Shown one piece after another: positions 28,501 through 39,710 of a stretch of 64,000 nucleotides of DNA. This stretch comes from an uncultured delta proteobacterium. GTDB taxonomy: Bacteria > Desulfobacterota > Binatia > DP-6. The DNA is taken from assembly GCA_963815115.1 (NCBI GenBank), contig CAWFFN010000005.1, forward strand, positions 448,001 through 512,000. Reading direction: 5' to 3'. The notes beneath the pieces were generated by a model. That model was given only the letters and a program-made list of their open reading frames with translations. It was not told the origin of the DNA and did no database searches. How positions within the stretch are numbered: the stretch's first letter is position 1; each line of letters starts with the position of its first letter. Position numbers and translations under genes: made by a program.

Positions 28501-29171
28501 GCGAGATCGCCAACGAATTGCTGCTTCGGCCCGAGACCGTGGCGCGCCACGTGCGAAAGCTGCTCGACCGGATCGGGGTGAAGAGCCGCGCCGCCGCGGT
28601 CGCCTGGGCCGTCGAGCATCGGCTGTCGTCGGCGGACGAGCTTCCTCGGCTTCCGCCGGCCGTGGGCGACTCGCTCGCCATCCTGCTCTTCACCGATCTC
28701 GCCGGCTCCACGGCCATGTTCGAGCGGCTCGGCGACGTCGAGGCGCGCGCAGTTCTGCGCACGCACGACACGATCGTCCGGCGCGAGCTCGGCCGCCATG
28801 GCGGTACGGAGATCAAGCACACCGGCGACGGGTTCCTCGCGAAGTTCACCTCGGCAGTCGCCGCCATCGACGCCGCGATCGCCATGCAACGCGCATTTGC
28901 AGCGCACACCGTCCGGCATCCCGATCGACCGATCAGCGTCCGCATGGGTTTCGATGCAGGGGAGCCGATGGCCGAAGAGGGTGATCTCTTCGGTTCGACG
29001 GTCAACGCCGCGGCGCGCATCTGTGAACGCGCCGAAGCCGGCCATATCCTGGTCTCCGAGGTCGTCCGGCATCTGTGCGCCGGCAAGGACGTGCGCTTCG
29101 TCGATCGCGGGCGCAGCACGCTTCCAGGTTTCGAGAAGAGACGCTTCAGATTGTTCGAGGTTCCGTGGTAG
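25587..29171 (+). CDS. MalT-like STAND ATPase (AAA_16) with helical repeats, LuxR HTH and C-terminal class III adenylate cyclase
   Basis: GEPGIGKT, LDDLHWVD and TRGNPLF; REIANELLLRPETVARHVRKLLDRIGVKSR; FTDLAGST, KHTGDG and DLFGSTVNAAARI. Confidence 0.9.
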   Translation: MNLEVEGAGTGGHPDGPRTAPPFVGRAAQLAWLIRGLEGARGGRPGVALVVGEPGIGKTRLLRELQAASTERGVDVCAGRGYEGFTQPFLPFVEALSRRIREMPVPLARVLGGDAEVLRGLIETGGERPASARPAGDAQVRLLLAISRAVLELARRGPMLLMLDDLHWVDEASLEVFAHLVLAIADAARREPMPLLVVGATRPAEPDQALGRVLARFRREDVCQTLELAGLGEAETHELIRGLGVAKPSHQMIATVNEATRGNPLFIQEVVHQLVRRNALREQGGFLTTGTAPLDVPLPPDVTVAIAARIGEVGEACRRTLAVAAVLGDPFVLPTLATVAGRAAEEIGEHLEEGERLGLLIVDGEAFRFTHPLVREVLYAESTLSERQRLHARIADALTTPSDRADEHVLEVAHHLIAAGPMADPERVIEVARRAGDRAFAGAAFREAARFYQAALAAGVDDSRLSTVERAQLHYRAGLASFREQDVGPCLENYERAIAGFREAGDLHGLARALMGRTRASFTLASVGYGTLIDPQPLEEVAERAAAEDPVLCGLIRAELSQVFWTACEPEKAREMATRALATARQERDDELAAESHRALALVSSQTMDVSDVLANLEAGLACARRSSNDWLESQLLQRLPLPLMWLGRLDAAVAAARDAEHSTRRLHDWGDHSLAQGALVCVAVARGDFEAAERHAQQVMMMRQRSGYPWAGPTALPALAYARALRGAWSEADDVLAYLIEPGQVFEDPGGAVQVSTFLMRHLVEGWSSTSGDVRAGLRERLTREVTDGITRGSGRDVYALGTLCTVVELAETLSAPALAEAPSEILALAVERGVVFSSGWVCLLARVLGVAATLLKQWDRATAWFERAIAEATTLDAGPELGRACLGHATMLVARGNRLDRELAADLVKRALPLFHTLGMEPAIQAARRLARTLEAPLVRMPRQRPGGSRGLGRRELALLSHLVRGRDDREIANELLLRPETVARHVRKLLDRIGVKSRAAAVAWAVEHRLSSADELPRLPPAVGDSLAILLFTDLAGSTAMFERLGDVEARAVLRTHDTIVRRELGRHGGTEIKHTGDGFLAKFTSAVAAIDAAIAMQRAFAAHTVRHPDRPISVRMGFDAGEPMAEEGDLFGSTVNAAARICERAEAGHILVSEVVRHLCAGKDVRFVDRGRSTLPGFEKRRFRLFEVPW

Positions 29172-29222
29172 TGCGCTGACGGTCACGGTGTGGATACCTC
29201 GCACCATCGAAAGGAGTGAGGC

Positions 29223-29867
29223 ATGCCAGGCATGCTCGATATCATCTTGAAGGCGCCGATCTTCGACCGGCTGGTGGCGGCATCGAACGTTCCCGGCGCA
29301 CAGAACGATCCCCTGCTCGACAAGATCATCAAGCAGCTGAAGGATCCCACCTACAGCCTCGCCGATATCGGCCTCGACATGGGGTTCTACGGCAGCCCCG
29401 CGCAGGCGGAGCATCTGAAGAAGCACTGGCTGAACGACCCGCCGGGCGACGGCTTCTGGCAGGGCATCGACACCGAGCCGATCATCCGGGCTGGACTGCT
29501 GAAGGCCGCGGAGGTGTTCAAGCAGCACGGGCGCGGGCTCGAGATCTTCTGGGCCATGTCGGGGAGCCAGGCGAGCAACGACTGGGAAGTGTCCGTCTCG
29601 CTGTGCCGGCGAACGACCCTCGTCATCTTTCACACGCCGCGCGTTCCCTGCCAGCTCCAGCAGGTCCCGAGCCAGGACATGTGGGTCATCGTCGAGGATC
29701 CGGGAACGGGCGCCGTGGTCACCCGTCCCGTGAACGTTCCCGTGGATGCCTTCGAGGGCACCTATCCCCCGACAGTCGGCACGAAGAAACCCAAGAAGCC
29801 CAAGAAGCCGAAGAAACCGAAGAAGCCCAAGAAGCCGCCCAAGGGACCGAAGAAGAAGAGGAAGTAG
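29223..29867 (+). CDS. Hypothetical protein with a Lys/Pro-rich (KKP)n C-terminal tail
   Basis: AAGGAG RBS, typical codon usage, tail KKPKKPKKPKKPKKPKKPPKGPKKKRK. Confidence 0.8.
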   Translation: MPGMLDIILKAPIFDRLVAASNVPGAQNDPLLDKIIKQLKDPTYSLADIGLDMGFYGSPAQAEHLKKHWLNDPPGDGFWQGIDTEPIIRAGLLKAAEVFKQHGRGLEIFWAMSGSQASNDWEVSVSLCRRTTLVIFHTPRVPCQLQQVPSQDMWVIVEDPGTGAVVTRPVNVPVDAFEGTYPPTVGTKKPKKPKKPKKPKKPKKPPKGPKKKRK

Positions 29868-29917
29868 CTCGGCGTTCGATGTGGCCGCCGGCCCCGCGTC
29901 TTCCCACGGGCCGGCGG

Positions 29918-31864
29918 CTACCGGGACGCCGCCAGCGCGCGCCGGGCACTCTCGCACGCCGGGTCGAGCTCGAGCGCCTGCGTCCACTGCCGGCGGGCGT
30001 CCTCGCGCTGGCCGCTCTGCTCGAGCGCGACGCCGAGATTGGTCGCCGCCTGGCAGCTCTTCGGCTGGAGGCGCAGCGCCGTGCGGAACGACTCGATCGC
30101 CTTCGCCGTGTCGCCCCTGCGCGCGTAGACGATGCCCAGGTTGTCGTGTGCCTGCGCGAACCGGGGCTTCAGCTCGACCGCCCGCAGGTAGGACTGCTCG
30201 GCCCGCTCGAGGTCGCCTCGCTGCTGGTACCAGCTGCCGAGGTTGTTGTACGCGACCGGGTCCGGACTCGACGCGACCGATCGGACGTAGAACGGCCCCG
30301 CCTCGTCCCCGCGGCCGAGCTGGTCGAGCACGATGCCCATCCCGAGATTCGCCTGCGCGCTCTCCGCGTCGAGCGACAGCGCCTGCTGGTAGAGCGAGCG
30401 GGCCCGGGGATAGTCCCTGGCCTCGAGGCGGAGATTGCCGGCGTTCACGTAGTCGCGCGCGGGATCGATCGGCACCAGGGCCAGCCGCGTGACCCAGCTC
30501 GTCGCCACGACCACCAGTCCCCAGATCGCGAGCGAGCGCCACGCCCGCGCGCGGACGTCGAGCGCGAGCGCGCGCAGCCCGAGAGCCGCGAGCACGAACC
30601 ACACGCCGAGCATGGGCAGCCGGTAGCGCGCGTTCACGAAGAAGGTCGCCAGGCCCGCGAGGTAGGTTGCGATCCAGAGCACGACGCACCAGCGATGCCG
30701 CGGCACCGGCCCGAGCAGCAGGCCGGCGACGACGAGCGGCCCGAGCACGGCGAAGCTCGGCCAGGGGAAGCGCATGAGCGGATTGAAGCGCCCGGCGGAG
30801 CCGTAGTCCTGCAGGTCGGAGAGCTCGCGCGCGTCGAGCGCCAGGAGGAGCTTGCGTGCCGAGAGCGCCAGGAAGCGAACCGGATGGTCGCGGATGAAGT
30901 CGCGCGCCTTGCCGGACCAGTAGGCGGAGACCTCCGAGGGCTTCAATGGACGACCCGCGGCGGCCTCCGCGATGGCGCGGGAGTCGGCGATCTGGGCCTC
31001 GAGCGCGATGCCGGTCCCCTCCGGCGCGCGGAAGACGCCCTCGGCCTGCGGGTTGTTGCCGATGTAGAAGTTCAGGCCGGCGTGGGAGGTGAGCAGCACC
31101 CAGTCACCACCGGCCACGCGATTGTGCAGGGTGACCGGCGCCAGCACGGCGGCGAACGACAGGATCATGGCCGCCAGCGCACCCGGCGACGGGCGGGCCG
31201 CGGCCAGGGCGGGCCGCACGGCGAGCGCGGCCACGAAGAGGAGGACGAAAGGCATCACGCCCGCCTTCGTGAGGCAGGCGAGTCCGAGGACCACGCCCGC
31301 GAGCGCCCCGCGCCGGACCGATGGCGCGTCGAGGAACAGGCAGCAGCAGTAGAAGCCCGCGGCGTAGAGCGGGACGCCGATGGCTTCGGGAACGAGCATG
31401 GCCTCGTGGAAGAAGAGCGGCCCGTAGAGCGCGGCGAGCGCCGCGGCGAGGAGGCCGGTCGTCGCGTCGGCCAGCCGTTCGCCGATCCGGTAGGTGAAGA
31501 GGATGGTGACCAGCCCGAGCAGGATCTGCACCACCTTGACCGCGACGACCGAGCCGCCGAGGAGTCCCAGACAGAGCGCCAGGAAGTAGGGATAGAGCGG
31601 GAGGCCGTAGAAGACGCCGCTCCCCACGAGATCGCCGGCGAGGATGCGCTGCGCCCATTGATGGTAGTACCTCGCGTCGAGGAGCACGGGCTCGAAGAAC
31701 GGATCGCCGCGGTCGAGCAGCAGGTACGCGATCCTGACGGCGAGGCCGGCGGCGAGCACGAGCGGGAGCAGCCGCCGCGCGTCGCGCGTGCCGCTGATGC
31801 GCGGGGTGGGCGCCGGCTTCGCCGGCCGCGCACGAGACCGCGGTGTCTGCCGTCCGGATCCCAT
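29918..31864 (-). CDS. ArnT/PMT-like (GT-C) membrane glycosyltransferase with C-terminal TPRs
   Basis: LDARYY, PLYPYFL, GLNFYIGNN and RYRLP motifs; AYNNLG and AHDNLG TPR repeats. Confidence 0.88.
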   Translation of the reverse strand: MGSGRQTPRSRARPAKPAPTPRISGTRDARRLLPLVLAAGLAVRIAYLLLDRGDPFFEPVLLDARYYHQWAQRILAGDLVGSGVFYGLPLYPYFLALCLGLLGGSVVAVKVVQILLGLVTILFTYRIGERLADATTGLLAAALAALYGPLFFHEAMLVPEAIGVPLYAAGFYCCCLFLDAPSVRRGALAGVVLGLACLTKAGVMPFVLLFVAALAVRPALAAARPSPGALAAMILSFAAVLAPVTLHNRVAGGDWVLLTSHAGLNFYIGNNPQAEGVFRAPEGTGIALEAQIADSRAIAEAAAGRPLKPSEVSAYWSGKARDFIRDHPVRFLALSARKLLLALDARELSDLQDYGSAGRFNPLMRFPWPSFAVLGPLVVAGLLLGPVPRHRWCVVLWIATYLAGLATFFVNARYRLPMLGVWFVLAALGLRALALDVRARAWRSLAIWGLVVVATSWVTRLALVPIDPARDYVNAGNLRLEARDYPRARSLYQQALSLDAESAQANLGMGIVLDQLGRGDEAGPFYVRSVASSPDPVAYNNLGSWYQQRGDLERAEQSYLRAVELKPRFAQAHDNLGIVYARRGDTAKAIESFRTALRLQPKSCQAATNLGVALEQSGQREDARRQWTQALELDPACESARRALAASR

Positions 31865-32020
31865 CGGGGAATTGGATGAACGTCGCGAGGGACGGCTTCC
31901 AGATAGCGCAGGACCGAGGATGTCCACCATCCGGCGGCGACGCGTGCCGGTCGATGCTGGCTCGCCAAAGCTCCCCGAGCCCGGACAATGGACGCCGGCG
32001 GCGTCCAGCAGATGCAGGCG

Positions 32021-33880
<1,860 letters not shown>

Positions 33881-34020
33881 GACGCATCCGGCGCCCGCCG
33901 CCCACGACGTTGACCGTAGGTGGTCCGGGGCGTATTCAGACGCTCGGGTTGGAGGCAGTCTCGGCGTCACGCGAACGGGAACGAACCAGCGCTGCCATGC
34001 GGACACCCTGACCGGCCCAG

Positions 34021-34461
34021 ATGACGTCCTGGTTCGTCTGGGTCATCGTCGCCGGTCTCCTCACCCTGCTCGAGCTCCTGGTGCCGACGGGCTTCGTGCT
34101 CCTCTGCTTCGCCGTCGCATGTCTGGCGACGGCGGCCGTCAGCCTCGTCAGCGAGCGCCTGCAGGTACAGCTCGCCGCTTTCAGCGTTGCGACCACGGTG
34201 TGCTTCGTCGCCCTCCGTCCCTTCTTCCAGCGCCGGTCGCATCCACCCGGAGGCCCGGTCAGGACCAACGTGCATGCGCTCCTCGATCGCGAGGCGCGCG
34301 TCACCGCCGAGGTCACCGCGCTCGGAGGACAGGTGAAGGTGGGGGGCGAGGAATGGGCCGCGTTCTCGGAAGGTCCCGCCGCCATCCCCGTGGGAACCAT
34401 GGTACGCGTCGTCGCCATCACGGGGAATCGACTGCGCGTCGCGCTGGGCAACCAGGGCTGA
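34021..34461 (+). CDS. NfeD family protein
   Basis: Hydrophobic N-terminus, TNVHAL, GQVKVGGEEWAA OB-fold; directly upstream of the SPFH gene. Confidence 0.88.
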   Translation: MTSWFVWVIVAGLLTLLELLVPTGFVLLCFAVACLATAAVSLVSERLQVQLAAFSVATTVCFVALRPFFQRRSHPPGGPVRTNVHALLDREARVTAEVTALGGQVKVGGEEWAAFSEGPAAIPVGTMVRVVAITGNRLRVALGNQG

Positions 34462-34472
34462 GGAGGTCACTC

Positions 34473-35462
34473 ATGGGGCTCGCGATCCTCGTCATCCTCG
34501 CCGTCATCGTCGTCGTGATGGCGATCCGGGGGGTTCAGATCGTGCAGCAGGCGGAAGCGGTGATCGTCGAGCGCCTGGGCAGATACGACCGGACGCTGCA
34601 CAGCGGCATCAACATCATCTGGCCGTTCCTGGACCAACCTCGCACCATCCGACAGCGCTACGTCGAGATCGACGTCGACGGAGAGCGCAAGGTCCGCTTC
34701 CGCGATGGCGAGCGTATCGATCTCCGGGAGACCGTCTACGACTTCCCGAAGCAGAACGTGATCACGCGCGACAACGTGACGATCACCATCGACGCGCTGA
34801 TCTACTTCCAGATCACGGATCCCATGCGGGCCGTGTACGAGATCGCGAATCTGCCCGACGCGCTCGAGAAGCTGACCCAGACCACGCTGCGCAACGTGAT
34901 CGGCGAGCTCGATCTCGACCACACGTTGACGTCCCGGGACACGATCAACGCCAAGCTCCGGGCGATCCTCGACGAAGCGACCGACAAGTGGGGGGTCAAG
35001 GTCAATCGCGTCGAGCTGCAGGACATCGTGCCGCCGGCCGACGTGAAGGACGCCATGGAGAAGCAGATGCGCGCGGAGCGCGACCGGCGGGCGGCGATCC
35101 TCGAGGCCGAGGGTCAGAAGGCGGCGGCGGTCCTCGTCGCGGAAGGACGGCAGCAGGCCGACGTGACCCAGGCGGAGGGCGAGAAGCGGGCAACGGCCCT
35201 GCGCGCGGAGGGGCAGGCGGAGGCGATCCTCCGGGTGGCCGAGGCCGAGGCGCAGTCCATCCGGAAGCTCACCGAGGCCATGGCGGACGGCCGGCGCGAT
35301 CCGGCGGCCTACCTCGTCGCGATCAAGTACATCCAGGCGTTGCGCGACATGGTGTCGGGTCAGGAGAGCAAGGTCGTCTACGTTCCCTACGAGGCGACGT
35401 CGATCCTCGGGTCGATCGGCATGGTCCGCGACCTGTTCGAGAAGCGTCCCGGCGCAGAGTGA
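34473..35462 (+). CDS. SPFH/band 7 (stomatin/paraslipin-like) protein
   Basis: IVERLGRY, QNVITRDNV, QTTLRNVIG, KWGVKVNRVE and KQMRAER motifs; AGGAGG RBS. Confidence 0.93.
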   Translation: MGLAILVILAVIVVVMAIRGVQIVQQAEAVIVERLGRYDRTLHSGINIIWPFLDQPRTIRQRYVEIDVDGERKVRFRDGERIDLRETVYDFPKQNVITRDNVTITIDALIYFQITDPMRAVYEIANLPDALEKLTQTTLRNVIGELDLDHTLTSRDTINAKLRAILDEATDKWGVKVNRVELQDIVPPADVKDAMEKQMRAERDRRAAILEAEGQKAAAVLVAEGRQQADVTQAEGEKRATALRAEGQAEAILRVAEAEAQSIRKLTEAMADGRRDPAAYLVAIKYIQALRDMVSGQESKVVYVPYEATSILGSIGMVRDLFEKRPGAE

Positions 35463-35484
35463 GCGATCGGGGGCGGGTCCGGCG

Positions 35485-36297
<813 letters not shown>

Positions 36298-36300
36298 CGT

Positions 36301-37452
36301 CTAGCGCTCCGAGCTCACGATCCACATGGCGAAGTACTGCGCGCCGCCGCCGTAGGCGTGGCCGAGCGCCGTCGTGGCGCCTTCCACCTGGTGCTCGCCC
36401 GCGCGGCCCATGACCTGGAGCGCGGCCTCGCCGAGCCGGAGCATGCCCGAGGCCCCGATCGGGTTCGTGCACAGGACGCCCCCCGACGGGTTGATGGGCA
36501 GATGGGCGCCGAAGCGCACCTCGCCGCGGTCGACCAGCTTCCACCCGTCGCCCTCGTCGCAGAAGCCGAGGTTCTCGAGCCACATGGCCTCGAACCAGGC
36601 GAACGGGACGTAGATCTCGGCGGTGTGGATCTGTCTCCAGGGATCGGTGATCCCGGCCTGACCGTAGACGTGCCTGGCGCACACCTTGCCGGCCGTCGGG
36701 CTCACCTGATCGCGTCCCGGCACCCACATCGCCTCCGCGTACGAGGCGGCGCCCTTGATCCAGGCGGGCGTGCGCGGACCCTTCCTGGCGGCGTCCTCGC
36801 TCGCCACCACCAGCGCGACGGCCCCGTCGGACGACGGGCAGGTCTCGAGGTAGCGGATGGGATCCCACAGCACGGGCGAGTTCATCACGTCCTCGACGCT
36901 CATGGGCTCGCGCAGGTGGGCGTACTCGTTGCGGCCGGCGTTGTCGCGCGCGCTGGCCGCGGTCATCGGACCGATGTGCGGCGGGCAGCCGCTGCGCGCG
37001 ATGTAGGCGCGGCAGTAGGGGGCGAAGAAGCCGCCCGCGCCGGCGACCAGCGGCGGGGTGAAGGGCATGCTGGGCGACAGCGCCCACATCGCGTTGCCCT
37101 CGGACTGCTTCTCGAAGGCGACGGTGAGGACGCGGTCGTAAAGGCCCGACGCGACGTGGGTCATGGCGGTGATCGCGGTCGACGCCCCGACCGACCCCGC
37201 CGTGTGCACCCGGAGCAGCGGCTTCAGATGCGCGCCCAGCGCTCCGGCGAGGAACTGCTCCGGCTGCATGACGCCTTCCAGCATGTCCGGCGCCTTGCCC
37301 ACGACCACGGCATCGATGTCCTCGTGCTGCAGCCCCGCGTCGGCGAGCGCGCGGTCGACCGCCTCGCGCACGAGACCGGGGATGCTCACGTCGGAGCGCC
37401 GCGCCTTGTGGTGCGTCTGTCCGACCCCGACGACGGCGACCGGCCGTTTCAC
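36301..37452 (-). CDS. ltp3: SCP2-thiolase-like aldolase subunit, Ltp3-like
   Basis: GKAPDMLEGVMQPE, RVHTAGSVG, FEKQSE, ETCPSSDGA and HAYGGGAQYF; GGAGG RBS and GTGA overlap. Confidence 0.85.
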   Translation of the reverse strand: MKRPVAVVGVGQTHHKARRSDVSIPGLVREAVDRALADAGLQHEDIDAVVVGKAPDMLEGVMQPEQFLAGALGAHLKPLLRVHTAGSVGASTAITAMTHVASGLYDRVLTVAFEKQSEGNAMWALSPSMPFTPPLVAGAGGFFAPYCRAYIARSGCPPHIGPMTAASARDNAGRNEYAHLREPMSVEDVMNSPVLWDPIRYLETCPSSDGAVALVVASEDAARKGPRTPAWIKGAASYAEAMWVPGRDQVSPTAGKVCARHVYGQAGITDPWRQIHTAEIYVPFAWFEAMWLENLGFCDEGDGWKLVDRGEVRFGAHLPINPSGGVLCTNPIGASGMLRLGEAALQVMGRAGEHQVEGATTALGHAYGGGAQYFAMWIVSSER

Positions 37453-38570
37453 GTCCACCTCCGCTCGCTCCCGAGCACCCAGACGACGTTCTGCTGGAGA
37501 CAGTGGCCCTGGGCGGCATGGGCGATCGCTCGGCGCGCGCCCGCGACGGTGCGCTCGCCGGCGCGCCCGGAGAGCTGGCGGAAGACCTCGCCGAGCCTGA
37601 TGAGGCCGGTGCTCATCACGGGATTGCCGCACAGCGCGCCGCCCGACGGGTTGACGGCGGGCTTGGTCGCATGCGCATCGAGCCCGAGCGCCTCGCAGAC
37701 GATGAGCTCCTCGGCGGGGTTGGCGGCGAGCAGCTCGACCAGGTCGACGTCGCCCGCGCGCTGCAGCCCCGCCATGGCGAACGCCTTCTGCGCGGCGAGG
37801 GCGGTGCCCGGGCTGCGCGACAGGTCGCGCGCGCCGATCGACTGGAGCTCGGTGCGGTGATCCACGCCGTGGATCCACACCGGCCTGTCGCACAGCGTCT
37901 CGGCCTTCCCCTCCGCCGCGAGCACGAGGCAGGTGGCGCTCTCCCCGAGCGGCGGCAGGTAGCCCCGGCGGAGCGGCTCGACGACCCACGGCGTCTGCCG
38001 GAGCGCGTCCGCGGTCGCGGCCTCGCGCACCTGGTTGTCCGGATTGCGGGCGCCGGCCGTGCGGTTGCGGGCCGCGATCGCCGCGAGGTCGGCGTCGGTG
38101 ACGCCGGTACGTGCCTGGTGGGCGCTCGCCTGGAGCGCCGACGTGGCGGTCGGGGTCAGTCCGAGCGGCGCCTGGTAGTAGGGGTCGAGCTGCAGGTTGA
38201 GCACGCGCTCGGGCTCGCCCTCGGACGTCTTCCCGTGTGCGCACACGATGGCGCTGTCGACCTCGCCCGTCTGCATCTTCAGCCAGGCGTAGTAGGTGGC
38301 GAACGAGCCGTCCATCTCGAGGTGCAGGTCCTGCCGCGGCGGCCACGAGCCCATGACGTCGAGCGCGGCGACGAAGCCGAACGGGCGGCCGTCCATGTAG
38401 TCGGCCGACGCCGACACCTGGTAGTCGATGGCATCGCGCTCCGCCCCGACCTGCGCCAGGGCCTCGCGGACGACGGGATAGAGCATCTCGGTGGACATGC
38501 GATGCGCATCGCGTGCCACCACCGGAAGCTGCGCGAAGCCCACGATCGCGACGTTGCGGAGCGCGCTCAT
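37449..38570 (-). CDS. ltp4: SCP2-thiolase-like aldolase subunit, Ltp4-like
   Basis: DYMDGRPFGFV, WPP..HLEMDG, QLDPY, NPSGGAL and GHCLQQNVV; ATGA overlap with the upstream gene. Confidence 0.85.
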   Translation of the reverse strand: MSALRNVAIVGFAQLPVVARDAHRMSTEMLYPVVREALAQVGAERDAIDYQVSASADYMDGRPFGFVAALDVMGSWPPRQDLHLEMDGSFATYYAWLKMQTGEVDSAIVCAHGKTSEGEPERVLNLQLDPYYQAPLGLTPTATSALQASAHQARTGVTDADLAAIAARNRTAGARNPDNQVREAATADALRQTPWVVEPLRRGYLPPLGESATCLVLAAEGKAETLCDRPVWIHGVDHRTELQSIGARDLSRSPGTALAAQKAFAMAGLQRAGDVDLVELLAANPAEELIVCEALGLDAHATKPAVNPSGGALCGNPVMSTGLIRLGEVFRQLSGRAGERTVAGARRAIAHAAQGHCLQQNVVWVLGSERRWT

Positions 38571-39068
38571 AGGCGATGGATGAACGACGCGAACGGCTCG
38601 TCGGGCTCGCCCGTGGGCCGGAAGTACTGGATGTCCTCGTGGTCGCCCTGGCGCTCGCCGTCCGGCTTCCACACCGCCTCGACGCGCATGCCCATGCGGA
38701 CGTCCTCGGCCTTGCACTCCTGGATGAGCGCGAAGATCGAGATGTCGGCGCCGTCGAGCGCGACCGACGCGGCCACGTACGGGATACTCGAGGGTCCGGC
38801 CGATCACCGGGATGTTGACGATGCAGAACGTGGTGACGACGCCACGATCGGCCACCTCGACCAGCTCGTCGCAGGGGGCGAAGCTCTCGGGCGAGGCGAC
38901 GATCGGCATGACGAACACCTTGCCGGTCTTCGAGTCCTTCGAGCCGAGGATCTTCTTGTCCTTCAGGGCGCGCAGGTAGCGGGCGCGGTAGTCGCCGGCG
39001 ACGTAATGGTACGGCAGCCGGACCTCGGCGTCGATGTACTTCACCGGCTCCTTCGGCGGTTCGTCCAT
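38567..39068 (-). CDS. DUF35/OB-fold (ChsH2/Rv3521-like) protein 2; one frameshift near 38780
   Basis: GVVTTFCIVN...(shift)...PYVAASVALDGAD, VRMGMRVEAVW and DIQYFRP motifs. Confidence 0.8.
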
Positions 39069-39075
39069 GCGATCC

Positions 39076-39534
39076 TCAGTCGATCGGCCGGAAGCCGGCG
39101 ATGTCACGGATGGAGCCGATGCGCTCGCCGTCCGGCTTCCACAGGGCCTCGACGCGCGACCCCACCCGCAGGCGCTGCAGGCCCTCGGTGACGATGTGGG
39201 GCAGGGCGGTGTCCGCGCCGCCGAGCTTCACCAGCACGAAGGCGAACGGCGCCGCGGCGGGATGGAGGCCCTCGACGGCTTCGTGCACGACGGCGACGGC
39301 CGTCACCACGCCGGTGTTCGCGACCGCCACCCACTCGCCGGCGTCCGCGCCGGTGGTCTCGGAGTAGCCGAGGGGTGGGACCACCACACCCTGGCCCGGT
39401 ACGCGCTGTCCCCAGATGCGGCACTGGTCGCGCAGGCCGGCGAGGAAGCGCCCGATGGTCTCGCCGGTGGAGTGCTTGTAGGGGAACTCCATCGTCGTGT
39501 CGGCGAACAGCGGGTCGACGGTCTGCGCGGACAT
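39076..39534 (-). CDS. DUF35/OB-fold (ChsH2/Rv3521-like) protein 1
   Basis: FPYKHSTG, FLAGLRD, PFAFVLVKLGGADTAL, GSRVEALW and GSIRDI motifs. Confidence 0.85.
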   Translation of the reverse strand: MSAQTVDPLFADTTMEFPYKHSTGETIGRFLAGLRDQCRIWGQRVPGQGVVVPPLGYSETTGADAGEWVAVANTGVVTAVAVVHEAVEGLHPAAAPFAFVLVKLGGADTALPHIVTEGLQRLRVGSRVEALWKPDGERIGSIRDIAGFRPID

Positions 39535-39555
39535 GAGGCGCCTGGGGTAGTGCAG

Positions 39556-39573
39556 CAAACGAGCGTTTGTCAA
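39556..39573 (-). promoter_or_regulatory. TTGACA -35 box overlapped by the palindrome CAAACG-AG-CGTTTG (putative repressor site of the steroid operon)
   Basis: Palindrome at 39556-39569; TTGACA on the minus strand at 39573-39568, 34-39 nt before the start. Confidence 0.55.
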
Positions 39574-39710
39574 GGACGACGAGCGCCGCGCGCCGTTCGC
39601 GCTCGATGCCGGCGTGCGCTGGCCGCGGAGCCGGCTTTCTTGCAGGTGCCGGGGCCGTGCGCTACGCTTCCGGCGAGAGCGGATGCGGCGGATGCCGCGG
39701 GAGGTGGGTG

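Noticed and set aside
29784-29845. aagaagccc-type 9-bp tandem repeat as a phase-variation locus
   Set aside because: Unit is a multiple of 3, degenerate at wobble positions and at the extreme C-terminus, so it cannot switch the frame
25497-30689. 1730-aa minus-strand ORF and many other long antisense or alternate-frame ORFs (for example 60985-63981, 18170-20545, 35644-37860)
   Set aside because: Shadow ORFs caused by stop-codon scarcity at high GC; Arg/Ala/Pro-rich, without motifs, and overlapping well-supported genes
38770-38795. Frameshift in the OB-fold gene as programmed recoding
   Set aside because: No slippery sequence; removing one base restores a PYV motif, consistent with an assembly indel
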